DNA of 64,000 nucleotides, taken from the NCBI GenBank assembly GCA_964016885.1, contig OZ024741.1, positions 402,070,001 through 402,134,000 of the forward strand. The letters are read 5' to 3'. The translations under genes and the position numbers were made by a program. The notes below the pieces were generated by a model. The model saw only the letters and a program-made list of their open reading frames with translations. It made no database searches and had not been told where the DNA came from. The stretch is from Eledone cirrhosa. Its lineage: Eukaryota. Shown piece after piece: positions 18,546 to 32,017 of the stretch. How positions within the stretch are numbered: the first letter of the stretch is position 1; each line of letters starts with the position of its first letter.

Positions 18546-20243
18546 GTAAATGTATATATATATTATATATATATAACTACATTATAATCACATATATTAT
18601 ATATAACTACATTATAATCACATATATTATATATAACTACATTATAATCACATATATTATATATATATAACTATATTATAATCACATATATTATATATAA
18701 CTATATTATAATCACATATATTATATATATATAACTATATTATAATCACATATATTATATATAGCTATATTATAATCACATATATTATATATATATAACT
18801 ACATTATAATCACATATATTATATATAACTACATTATAATCACATATATATATATAACTACATTATAATCACATATATTATATATATATAACTATATTAT
18901 AATCACATATATTGTATATAACTATATTATAATCACATATATTTTATATATATAACTATATTATAATCAGATATATTATATATAACTATATTATAATCAC
19001 ATATATTATATATAACTATATTATAATCACATATATTATATATATATAACTACATTATAATCACATATATATATATATAACTACATTATAATCACATATA
19101 TTATATATAACTATATTATAATCATATATATTATATATAACTATATTATAATCACATATATTATATATAAATAACTACATTATAATCACATATATTATAT
19201 ATAACTACATTATAATCACATATATTATATATAACTATATTATAATCACATATATTATATATAACTACATTAAAATCACATATATTATATATAACTATAT
19301 TATAATCACATATAATATATATAACTATATTATAATCACATATATTATATATAACTACATTATAATCACATATATTATATATAACTATATTATAATCACA
19401 TATAATATATATAACTATATTATAATCACATATTATATATAACTACATTATAATCACATATATTAGATATAACTACATTATAATCACATATATTATATAT
19501 AACTACATTATAATCATATATATTATATATAACTATATTATAATCACATATATTATATATAACTATATTATAATCACATATTATATATAACTACATTATA
19601 ATCACATATATTATATATAACTATATTATAATCACATATATTATATATAACTACATCATAATCACATATATTATATATAACTATATTATAATCACATATA
19701 TTATATATATATAACTATATTATAATCACATATATTATATATAACTATATTATAATCACATATATTATATATAACTATATTATAATCACATATATTATAT
19801 ATATATAACTACATTATAATCACATATATTATATATAACTATATTATAATCACATATATTATATATAACTATATTATATTCACATATATTATATATATAT
19901 AACTACATTATAATCACATATATTATATATATATAACTACATTATAATCACATATATTATATATAACTATATTATAATCACATATATTATATATAACTAC
20001 ATTATAATCACATATATTATATATAACTATATTATAATCACATATATTATATATAACTACATTATAATCACATATATTATATATATATAACTACATTATA
20101 ATCACATATATTATATATAACTATATTATAATCACATATATTATATATAACTACATTATAATCACATATATTATATATAACTATATTATAATCATATATA
20201 TTATATATAACTACATTATAATCACATATATTATATATATATA

Positions 20244-20807
20244 CACTTACACATCTCCAAGACAATGTCACTGGACTGAGACCTTTGGCGGTACTCAGTA
20301 ATAGAGAAGACCCGCCTTACCTAAATACAAAGTAAAACCTACTACAACCAGTAGGCATCTCTAATAAAACACAACCCGTCCCACCCCCCCACCCCATCCA
20401 CACCGCCCCTTTCAATGTAATGTTATGTTGGTGCCACAACATCCTGGCCGAAACAAATGAGATTGTGTATACACAGTCCATGCTGTAATGTGGCCGTGTA
20501 GGCAACACGGTAACAACCTCCCAGCCCCACACTGTAAATGTGGTTGGTGTTAGGAAGGGCATCCAGCTGTAGAAAACCTGCCAGAAAGTCCACGCTGTAA
20601 TGGGGCCGTGTAGGCAACTCGGTAAAAACCTCCCAGCCCCACACTGTAAATGTGGTTGGTGTTAGGAAGGGCATCCAGCTGTAGAAAACCCGCCAGATAG
20701 TCCTATGCGAGCAAGACAATCACTCTTACCTCAACTGGGAAACCCCCGTCCAAACCCATGAAAGCGTGGAACAGGGACGTTAAACGTTGATGATGATGAT
20801 GATGATG
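20244..20807 (+). mobile_element. RTE 3' cassette, copy 8 (internal duplication, most diverged)
   Basis: Same junctions, carries the same internal duplication as copy 2, plus private substitutions. Confidence 0.9.
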
Positions 20808-23800
20808 AACTACATTATAATCACATATATTATATATAACTATATTATAATCACATATATTATATATAACTACATTATAATCACATATATTATATATAAC
20901 TATATTATAATCACATATATTTTATATAACTACATTATAATCACATATATTATATATAACTATATTATAATCACATATATTATATATAACTATATTATAA
21001 TCACATATATTATATATAACTACATTATAATCACATATATTATATATATATAACTATATTATAATCCCATATATTATATATATATAACTACATTATAATC
21101 ACATATATTATATATAACTACATTATAATCACATATATTATATATAACTACATTATAATCACATATATTATATATATATAACTATATTATAATCACATAT
21201 ATTATATATAACTATATTATAATCACATATATTATATATATATAACTATATTATAATCACATATATTATATATAGCTATATTATAATCACATATATTATA
21301 TATATATAACTACATTATAATCACATATATTATATATAACTACATTATAATCACATATATATATATAACTACATTATAATCACATATATTATATATATAT
21401 AACTATATTATAATCACATATATTGTATATAACTATATTATAATCACATATATTTTATATATATAACTATATTATAATCAGATATATTATATATAACTAT
21501 ATTATAATCACATATATTATATATAACTATATTATAATCACATATATTATATATATATAACTACATTATAATCACATATATATATATATAACTACATTAT
21601 AATCACATATATTATATATAACTATATTATAATCATATATATTATATATAACTATATTATAATCACATATATTATATATAAATAACTACATTATAATCAC
21701 ATATATTATATATAACTACATTATAATCACATATATTATATATAACTACATTATAATCACATATATTATATATAACTATATTATAATCATATATATTATA
21801 TATAACTACATTATAATCACATATATTATATATAACTACATTAAAATCACATATATTATATATAACTATATTATAATCACATATAATATATATAACTATA
21901 TTATAATCACATATATTATATATAACTACATTATAATCACATATATTATATATAACTATATTATAATCACATATAATATATATAACTATATTATAATCAC
22001 ATATTATATATAACTACATTATAATCACATATATTAGATATAACTACATTATAATCACATATATTATATATAACTACATTATAATCATATATATTATATA
22101 TAACTATATTATAATCACATATATTATATATAACTATATTATAATCACATATTATATATAACTACATTATAATCACATATATTATATATAACTATATTAT
22201 AATCACATATATTATATATAACTACATCATAATCACATATATTATATATAACTATATTATAATCACATATATTATATATATATAACTATATTATAATCAC
22301 ATATATTATATATAACTATATTATAATCACATATATTATATATAACTATATTATAATCACATATATTATATATATATAACTATATTATAATCACATATAT
22401 TATATATAACTATATTATAATCACATATATTATATATAACTATATTATATTCACATATATTATATATATATAACTACATTATAATCACATATATTATATA
22501 TATATAACTACATTATAATCACATATATTATATATAACTATATTATAATCACATATATTATATATAACTACATTATAATCACATATATTATATATATATA
22601 ACTACATTATAATCACATATATTATATATAACTATATTATAATCACATATATTATATATAACTACATTATAATCACATATATTATATATAACTATATTAT
22701 AATCATATATATTATATATAACTACATTATAATCACATATATTATATATAACTATATTATAATCACATATATTATATATATATAACTATATTATAATCAC
22801 ATATATTATATATAACTATATTATAATCACATATATTATATATATATAACTATATTATAATCACATATATTATATATAGCTATATTATAATCACATATAT
22901 TATATATATATAACTACATTATAATCACATATATTATATATAACTACATTATAATCACATATATATATATAACTACATTATAATCACATATATTATATAT
23001 ATATAACTATATTATAATCACATATATTGTATATAACTATATTATAATCACATATATTTTATATATATAACTATATTATAATCAGATATATTATATATAA
23101 CTATATTATAATCACATATATTATATATAACTACATTATAATCACATATAATATATATAACTACATTATAATCACATATATTATATATAACTATATTATA
23201 ATCACATATATTATATATAACTACATTATAATCACATATATTATATATAACTATATTATAATCACATATATTATATATATATAACTAAAATATAATCACA
23301 TATATTATATATAACTACATTATAATCACATATATATATATAACTATATTATAATCACATATATTATATATAACTACATTATAATCACATATATTATATA
23401 TAGATAACTACATTATAATCACATATATTATATATAACTATATTATAATCACATATATTATATAACTACATTATAATCACATTTATTATATATAACTATA
23501 TTATAATCACATATATTATATATATATAACTACATTATAATCACATATATTATATATAACTACATTATAATCACATATATTATATATAATTATATTATAA
23601 TCACATATATTATATATATATAACTACATTATAATCACATATATTATATATAACTACATTATAATCACATATATTATATATAACTATATTATAATCACAT
23701 ATATTATATATAACTACATTATAATCACATATATTATATATAACTATATTATAATCACATATATTATATATATATAACTAAAATATAATCACATATATTA

Positions 23801-24345
23801 TATATAACTACATTATAATCACATATATATATATAACTATATTATAATCACATATATTATATATAACTATATTATAATCACATATATTATATATATATAA
23901 CTACATTATAATCACATATATTATATATAACTATATTATAATCACATATATTATATATAACTACATTATAATCACATATATTATATATATATAACTACAT
24001 TATAATCACATATATTATATATAACTATATTATAATCACATATATTATATAACTACATTATAATCACATTTATTATATATAACTATATTATAATCACATA
24101 TATTATATATATATAACTACATTATAATCACATATATTATATATAACTACATTATAATCACATATATTATATATAATTATATTATAATCACATATATTAT
24201 ATATATATAACTACATTATAATCACATATATTATATATAACTACATTATAATCACATATATTATATATAACTATATTATAATCACATATATTATATATAA
24301 CTACATTATAATCACATATATTTTATATAACTATATTATAATCAC

Positions 24346-24417
<72 letters not shown>

Positions 24418-24418
<1 letters not shown>

Positions 24419-25815
24419 CTCCACTGAAGATGCTCTTCAGAAGCTCCTTGGCTAGCGGTATACTACCCAGGGAGCTGAAAGAAGGCACAATATGCCCTAT
24501 CCATAAATAAGTTAGCAGAGCGGAGGCCAAAAACTATAGGCCAGTCTCCCTGACGTCACATATCAGTAAGACATGTGAACATGATATAACTTGACTTGGC
24601 GAAGGCCTTTGACAAGGTCGACCACGGAATGATATGTCACAAACTACATGGACTTGGCATAACTGGAAAAGTAGGTGAGTGGCTGCATGACTTCTTAAAG
24701 GACAGAAGCCAGACAGTCGCAGCAAACGGGGCCCTCTCAAAGGAAACATCAATAACAAGTTGGGTGCCCCAAGGCACAGTCCTGGGACCACTACTGTTTT
24801 TGGCTCTCTCAGACATGCCCTCTGTATTACATACAACATCCCTCACTAGCTATGCTGATGACACTAAGATAGCACAAGCAATCAAAAACCTGGCTGACGC
24901 TGCCCTTTTACAACAAGATCTGGATGCCATATACAAATGGGCAGAAGACAACAACATGCAATTTAATACTAGCAAATTCCAAGCCTTACAACACAAACCT
25001 GCAAACACAAATACAGTACAATACAGTTACGCTGGACCAGGAGGGACCGATATCCCCGTGTTGAAATCGATACGAGACCTGGGTATAGACAAGAGCGACA
25101 ATGCATCTTTTTCCTCACACATCATGAAAGTGGCGACAATGTGAAGACGACTCGCTGGCTGAATCTTGAGGACTTTCTGGACAAGAGACCGAGACACCAT
25201 GTTGACACTATGGACGACTTTTTCCTAAGCCGCCTGGACTATTGCTCCCAGTTGTGGTCACCCCATAGTGTCAAACTAACCACGGAGCTTGAGGCAATCC
25301 AGCGAAGCTACACCAAGAGGATTGCGACGATGAAGGAGATAAACTACTGGGAGAGGCTAAAAGAACTGAACCTCTACTCCTTGGAACGAAGAGAGATACG
25401 CAGTGATCTACATGTGGAAAATCCTGGAGGGAGTAGCACCAAACTTTGGCATTGGGAGCTGGACGTCACTGTGTGGTGCCAAAGGTCTCGTCTTTTACAT
25501 CTAGAATAAGGAGCAGATACTGTAATAGCCTGGGGTTCAAGGGCCCTCAACTCTTCAACAAGCTGCCGAGGGATCTGAGAGATCTGCATGGTGTGGACGT
25601 GGATGTCTTCAAGAAACATCTCGACACCTTGCTATCCAGGATCCCGGATGAGCCCACAGCAAGGAACGAGGGAAACCTAAGAGCAGCAGCAACGAACTCC
25701 CTCTTGCACCAGTGGCCAACCAATACAGGCTGGAGATGAAATGTGTAGCAACAAGGGCGGTGCCCCATTATGGCCTCAGCTGGATGGCTGGAACAGGTAA
25801 AAGAGTAAAAGAGTA
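24418..25815 (+). mobile_element. 5'-truncated CR1/L2-group non-LTR retrotransposon (RT pseudogene)
   Basis: Motifs NYRPVSLTS, AKAFDKVDH, VPQGTVLGPLLF, YADDTK, LDYCSQLWSP and YWERLKELNL, spread over frameshifted ORFs 24596, 25141 and 25446. Internal deletion before the AKAFD motif. Ends in an (AAAAGAGT)-type tail. Confidence 0.88.
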
Positions 25816-25941
25816 ATTACATTATAAACACATATATTATATATATATAACTACATTATAATCACATATATTATATATATAACTACATTATAATCACATA
25901 TATTATATATATATATAACTACATTATAATCACAGATATTA
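25816..25941. repeat. remnant units of the 30-bp satellite
   Basis: About 4 monomers between the LINE and the Penelope-like element. Confidence 0.9.
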
Positions 25942-26780
25942 CCGTTTTGCTGAGCATTTGAGGGACATACGACTCGGTTTGGATACTCCTGTTGCCCATC
26001 ATTTCTGTTCTCCTGGTCATTCTTCCCAACATGTTTCAGTCCTGGGTGTCCTTTTACATCATGGATCACAGGCCTCGAACACCAGGACTGAACAAAGTCT
26101 GATTCACTGATTGGGTCCTATTTCCCTCATGGACTCAACTCACCCCCCCCCCCCTCAATTTCTTTAATACCTTGTCCATTATAACACGCACTTGTACATT
26201 CACCCCTAGATCCCTATCGCTTTCTCATGATTATTAACGTCTTCTCTTCAAACTAACACAGACTGACTATATATGCTCACTCCACTTTTCCCTTCACAGC
26301 TCTGTATACACACATACACATACTTTTGCTCATACCTTCGTACTTACATGCACACACACTCTTTTACTTACATATACACACACATTTCCTCTTAGCTTCA
26401 TACGGACATATAATAACACACACACATGCTTACACACGTGCTCAAGTATAGCTCTTTTTACAAAACGTTTATTTTTCCATTTCAGGTAGACACGCGCCAT
26501 CATCCACTTTTCTAAAAAACAAATCATACGCAAAACGCCAGCACCAACAGTTTTGCAAGAGATGTCAACATGAATGGACCTGTTATTTTTATCTAAAGAC
26601 ATTTTTTACAATTCCAACCCACCCGTCCCCTCAATATATCTTATTTCTCATTCTTTCTTCTGATGAAGGACTAGCGTCCGAAACGTTAAGTCCCTCCTCC
26701 TGCTATATCAAGCATTAACCTAATATATACCTTCCATATACTGTACCGATTGTGTTGTTATTTCTGTTACCTTTTACATA
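25942..26780 (+). mobile_element. Penelope-like element 3' fragment (GIY-YIG C-terminus + pLTR)
   Basis: Manual translation from 25943 gives RFAEHLRDIRLGLDTPVAHHFCSPGHS...TEQSLIH*LG, then PHGLN after a frameshift. Hammerhead core downstream. Its 3' ~240 bp recurs at 48275-48502. Confidence 0.75.
26657..26690 (+). ncRNA. minimal type I hammerhead ribozyme motif
   Basis: CTT-CTGATGA-A-GGAC(TAGC)GTCC-GAA-ACGT-T-AAG, with palindromic ACGT in place of stem III. Confidence 0.7.
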
Positions 26781-26840
26781 TATATATAACTACATTATAA
26801 TTACATATATTATATATATATATATAACTACATTATAATT

Positions 26841-26841
<1 letters not shown>
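26781..26841. repeat. last remnant units of the 30-bp satellite
   Basis: Two AACTACATTATAATTAC units, followed by (CA)n(TA)n. Confidence 0.8.
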
Positions 26842-26922
<81 letters not shown>

Positions 26923-27039
26923 ATTAGTTTCACTTTAGTATGAAAACAGGAAATTGTTTGGGGTTGGACAAAATAATGGAAACACCTTAAAATTTCAAAC
27001 AAATTTCAAACAAATTCAAGTTGTAATTACTGTCTTTGG

Positions 27040-28135
27040 CAGTAATTACAACTTGAATTCTACGAGGTATGGACTCGTACAAAGTTTGAATTGTTTCCAA
27101 AGGAATTTTTGTCCATTCTTCAGCTAAAATAGTCTCCAGTTCTTGTAGTGATGATGGTGGAGGATATCGATTCGTTACTTTTCATTTCATTTCATTTTAC
27201 GTCTGCTTTTTCCCAGCTTGCAAGGGTGGGACGGGAACTGATTCTGGCTTGATTTCTACAGCTGGATGCCCTTCCTAACACCAACCTCATAAATGTTCAA
27301 TAATATTGAGATCTGGGGACTGTGGTGGCCAGATAAGATGTTCAACTTCACTAGAATGTTCCTCGTGCCATTCAGTAACAACTTTAGCTGTGTGAATTGG
27401 TGCATTATCATCCTGAAATATTGCGTTTCCCTCCGGAAACAGTTCCACAACCATAGGATGAATTTGATCAGATAAAATGCTTAAATAATCTTGACTATTA
27501 ATTCTGCCACGAAGAGAAACCATTGGGCCGCCAGATTTCCAAGATATAGCTGCCCAGATCATCACAGATCCTCCTCCATGTTTAACAGTTGGAAGAAGGC
27601 CGTCTGGGTCAAATGCTTCTTTTGGCTGTCTCCACATGTATACTCGGCTGGTGGTCGGAAATAAGGTAAAGGATGACTCGTTCGAGAAAATAACATTCTT
27701 CCACTGCTCTAGGGACAAATTCTGTAGGTTTTTACTCCACTTTAAATGCTTTGCAACGTTTGTTTTTGAAAGTAGTGGTTTTCTGATTGCAGTTCTCCCG
27801 TGAAATCCGGCTTTGTGCAGCTCCCGGCAAACAGTTTTTGTGGAAACTGGTTTCTCAAAGTGGTCATTAAGCTCTGCAGTAATTTTGGGAGCAGTACTTT
27901 TGTGATCCTTTCTAACAATTCGTGTAAGAGTCCGACGGTCCCTATCTGAAAGTTTTAGTTTTCTTCTGGAGTTTTGTTTCGATGAGGAGGTTTTTCTATC
28001 TTTCTAAAAGGCTGTCATTACTTTTGAGACAGTACTTCTTGATACACCAAACATTTCGGCTGTTTTCGTTACGCTAGCGCCTGCCATACAATCACCAACA
28101 ATTTGACCTCTTTGAAAGTCCGATTGATCTGTCAT
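27040..28135 (-). pseudogene. Tc1-like transposase pseudogene
   Basis: Probable ATG at 28135. Motifs FSNES (D>N), KHGGGSVMIW, QDDNAPIH, WPPQSPDLNIIEHL and LYESIPRRIQVVITAK. Disrupted, with an insertion at 27181-27290. Confidence 0.85.
27181..27290 (-). mobile_element. SINE/RTE 3' tail inserted in the Tc1 transposase
   Basis: Reverse complement closely matches 56625-56730. Confidence 0.8.
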
Positions 28136-28321
28136 TTTAATGAATTTTAATTACCTTTTTCTGATGATATCTGAAAAGAAACAACAATTTTAACAAAACA
28201 TATTAAGCAACACTAATAATAAATAAAAAAAACATAAAAATAAACAAGCTTTTGATGGTTTTATAGATATTTCAAATTATGATGCTATGATGCTAGGTGT
28301 TTCCCTTATTTTGTCCAACCC

Positions 28322-28403
<82 letters not shown>

Positions 28404-28404
28404 A

Positions 28405-28459
28405 TGCCCCAGCATGGTCTCAGCCGAATGGCTGGAACAGGTAAAAGACTAAAAGAGTA
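28405..28459 (+). mobile_element. extreme 3' end of the CR1/L2-type LINE (or a SINE sharing it)
   Basis: Matches 25762-25814, including the AAAAGAGTA tail. Confidence 0.7.
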
Positions 28460-28469
28460 TATATATATA

Positions 28470-29708
28470 TCATAATCTATAAAGCTCAGTGTATGGTCAT
28501 GCTCCTTTCTTATAGAAATTTATGATATAGAATTTCTTCAATTGAAATTTACAATTCAGTATTCGAAATAGCTTCGATTGCGTCTTGGCACAGATAATTT
28601 TTTCAATTTCACCCACAATTACGCAAAAAATAGATAAAACTCAATATTTTACGATTTTTCTCTGTCATTTAAATTGCTAAACTCTTTCCACTACCATTCA
28701 AAATCTATACAACTTCATACTTTCTGCTACTTTCTCTTTCCAAGCTTGATGGTGATACTGTCCGTTTTACTCTCTCATATCATCTGCTTCTTATTACATT
28801 TCATACGAAACGACAATTATTCAAAAGCAACAGATACATTTATTCAACAACAAGCGATAAATCTTTTTTAAAACCTCTTTTCCAAACGTATACAAACACA
28901 CACTCACTTCAACAACAACAACAACAACAATCTGCCTTTTATAGATAATGATAAACAATAATATCCTCTATGAGGTCACTAAACCTGCTAGAAACAGCAG
29001 CTAACTCTCCCCCATATCACACCCCTCCCTAATGTCTTAAATTTAGAAAACATATCTTCTATGAGGTCACTAAACCTGCTAGAAACAGCAGCTAACTCTC
29101 CCCCATATCACACCACTCCCTACTGTCTTAAATTTAGAAAACACATATCCTCTATGAGGTTACTAAACCTGCTAGAAACAGCAGCTAACTCTCCCCCATA
29201 TCACATCCCTCCCTACTGTCTTAAATTTAGAAAACATATCTTCTATGAGGTCACTAAACCTGCTAGAAACAGCAGCTAACTCTCCCCCATATCACACCAC
29301 TCCCTACTGTCTTAAATTTAGAAAACACATATCCTCTATGAGGTCACTAAACCTGCTAGAAACAACAGCTAACTCTCCCTCATATCACAACCCTCCCTAC
29401 TGTCTTAAATTTAGAAAACACACAGACAACCATGCAGAACAACTCCATCGCAGCTCTGTTGTTCGGCTGGCATCGTCTACGCGCGTGTTGCGCAAGTACT
29501 GTGAAACAATACATTTCAACACTTTTTTGCACAGAGATAATATCCATAGGCGAAACTACAATTGTCACTGCTGGCGCAGCTCCTGCTTCCAGGTCTGCAA
29601 TTCATTCACCCAGTGCCTGGCAGACAAAAAAGTGCTGCCATAAAATGGGTGGTGCAACCTAACTTTGGTAACTTAATGACCCCAAGCAACGCCGGGCTTT
29701 AATGCTAG
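28470..29708 (+). mobile_element. putative non-autonomous Helitron
   Basis: A|TC 5' end. The 3' end CCCCAAGCAACGCCGGGC-TTTAATG-CTAG|T resembles the 3' end of the helicase-coding Helitron at 62397-62424. Inserted in (TA)n. The 5' end is less certain. Confidence 0.6.
28962..29420 (+). repeat. 5-unit tandem repeat alternating 91/93 bp
   Basis: ATGAGGT starts at 28970, 29061, 29154, 29245 and 29338. Confidence 0.92.
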
Positions 29709-29848
29709 TATATATATATAACTAACAGAGAAAAGGAAACAAAATTTGTCATTAATATATGAGACATCTCAATGAACAAGACAGCAAAAATTGTCTAGAG
29801 AAGCATGTAAACACAGTTTAACTTAGAGACTTTGGCATAAATTGTGTT

Positions 29849-29974
<126 letters not shown>

Positions 29975-30344
29975 TGCGTAAAATCCCGACTGCAGACTCT
30001 TTCTCTCTCTCTCTATATATATATAAACTCAAATATTTTGGTCAATATAAATGTTTTGGTCAACCATATTATGTTGGTTCAGGTGATGTGATGTGTAAGT
30101 ATCCCAAATCTTATTAATTTTAACTGTTGGAGTTTTTATATTTCTTTGATTGTTATCTGCCTGTTTGTTCTGTATGGGTGCCACTTTCTTATCAATGAGT
30201 CATGAAAATGTGCTTCAAAGCAGATTATACACCCACGTGCCATAGCTTTCGTTGAGCAGTTTATAGAAAGCAAGATTGGAAAATTGCATTGGCTTTTGTA
30301 CCTCTGTCATTAAATCAATCTAAATTCCCTAATATATATATATA

Positions 30345-30576
30345 AGGAGGATGACCACTGGGTAAAGAAGTGACAAGAAATGCCAGTAGAAGGAAGACGC
30401 AGTAGAGGAAGACCACGAAAAACAAGGGCAGAGTGGTGAGAGCAGACCTCAGATCACTGAAGCTCACGGAGGGGATGACGAAGGACCGTAACAAGTGGAG
30501 AGATGCTGTGCTGAATAGGACCTACCCCACTCTTTCAAGCAGGGAAAAGCGGATGTAAAATGATGATGATGATGAT
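30345..30576 (+). mobile_element. RTE LINE (second family) 3' end
   Basis: Encodes an RGRPRKT-type C-terminus and a (GAT)n tail. Homologous to 60347-60570. Confidence 0.8.
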
Positions 30577-30591
30577 TATATATATATATAT

Positions 30592-31178
30592 AAATTCTGT
30601 AGAATGTACACAATGCAGATCTTGGGTACACAAGAGATGTAGTGGGATAGCAGGCAAACTAACAGGTAGGGAAAACTACATATGCAGTAGATGTACAGGG
30701 AAATTTGACAGTAGAACTTGCAGTGATAGACACATTTTTCTTCAAATGCAGGTAGGATCTATAGAGGCGATTGATAGCTTCTGGTACCTAGGTAATCAGA
30801 TTAGCAAGGGAGGAGGGTGTTCTGAGGCCATAGTATCTAGATAAGGATGGGCTGGAAGAAGTTTAGGGAACTGCTTTCTCTGTTGATCAAGAAGGGTTTC
30901 TCCCGGTTTTATGATGCCTGTGTGAGATGCACGATGCTGCATGGTAGTGAGACATGGGCAGCAACTGCGGATGATATGCGATGGCTGGAGAAAAATGAAG
31001 CGAGTATGATCTGTTGGATGTGGAATGTCAATGTACGTGGACACCAAGCATAGACGAGTTGAGAGAGAAACTATGTATAAGAGGAATAAATTGTGGTGTG
31101 CAGGAGAGAAGACTGAGATGGTATGGCTATCTGATGTGCATGGAGGATGACCGCTGGGTAAAGAAGTGCCAAGAAATT
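30592..31178 (+). mobile_element. RTE LINE ORF2 fragment (Cys/His finger + post-RT region)
   Basis: CTQCRSWVHKRC...[25 protein letters not shown] and ERRLRWYG, with frameshifts. Confidence 0.85.
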
Positions 31179-31205
31179 GACTTTGTTGTTATTATATTCA
31201 TTGTT

Positions 31206-31428
31206 AGAGCGGTGGATTGGCAGTATCGGTAGAGGGTCAGACGCCATGCTTTGCAGCATAGAGTTACGGCCCTTTCCATTCTGATTTCAAATCCTGCCGA
31301 GGTTAACTTTGCCTTTCATCCTTACGGGGTCGATAAAATAAAGTACCTGTCACGCACTGGGGTTGATTTAATCGACTTTTCTCTCCCCCAAAATTGCTGG
31401 CCTTGTGCCTATACAAGAAACCATTATT
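31206..31428 (+). mobile_element. tRNA-derived SINE (family S1)
   Basis: A-box-like TGGCAGTATCGG, B-box-like ATTTCAAATCC, and body GCCTTTCATCCTTACGGGGTCGATAAAATAAAGTACC shared with other copies in the window. Confidence 0.8.
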
Positions 31429-31694
31429 TTCATTGTTAAATTAATACCTAATATCAGACTCTGTATCTGAGGAATTAACTCAGCGGAACACGGAACCTTT
31501 TTATGGATTTCACTGGATTACTCCCCATCGGATTACATTGAGTTCTATCTACGGTACGGACCCTACCACAAGGGTAGACCACACTGAAAAAGAATATATA
31601 TATATATAGGAAAAGAGTCAGGACCCCACTACTACCCTAAGTATCGAGTAATCTGGTGCATTATGATCCACCTGGATCCTTACCACACTTTCTT

Positions 31695-31755
<61 letters not shown>

Positions 31756-31758
<3 letters not shown>

Positions 31759-31895
31759 TCATCATCATCATCAACGTTTAACGTCCGTGTTCCACGCTTG
31801 CATGGGTTTGGACGGGGGTAGTCCCACTTGAGGCAAGAGTGATTGTCTTGCTCGCATAGGACTGTCTGGCAGGTTTTCTACAATTGGATGCCCTT

Positions 31896-31898
<3 letters not shown>
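31756..31898 (-). mobile_element. RTE 3' tail fragment
   Basis: (CAT)n followed by the reverse complement of the cassette's last ~140 bp. Lies between (TA)n tracts. Confidence 0.85.
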
Positions 31899-31979
<81 letters not shown>

Positions 31980-32017
31980 TTGTAAGGTTTTTGATATGAA
32001 ATTGTGTGTCGAAACAA

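Larger units (their letters stand above)
1..24360. repeat. 30-bp AT-rich satellite array (AACTAYATTATAATCACATATATTATATAT), interrupted by RTE cassettes
   Basis: Monomer repeated hundreds of times with a C/T variant at position 6 and (TA) length variants (28-36 bp). The consensus has no G on the + strand. The array runs off the left edge of the window. Confidence 0.97.
26960..28324 (-). mobile_element. Tc1/mariner DNA transposon, DD36E type, decayed
   Basis: TIRs GGGGTTGGACAAAATAATGGAAACACCT (26960-26987) and AGGTGTTTCCCTTATTTTGTCCAACCCCTG (28295-28324) followed by TA. Transposase on the minus strand. Confidence 0.9.

Noticed and set aside
5387-21053. Poly-Met / NYIIITYIIY ORFs and their antisense ORFs
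   Set aside because: They are translations of the (GAT)n tail plus the 30-bp satellite, with no coding signal.
1-24360. CRISPR-like repeat/spacer reading of the satellite with inserts
   Set aside because: Monomers are directly adjacent, the inserts are copies of one LINE fragment rather than unique spacers, no cas genes are present, and the context is eukaryotic.
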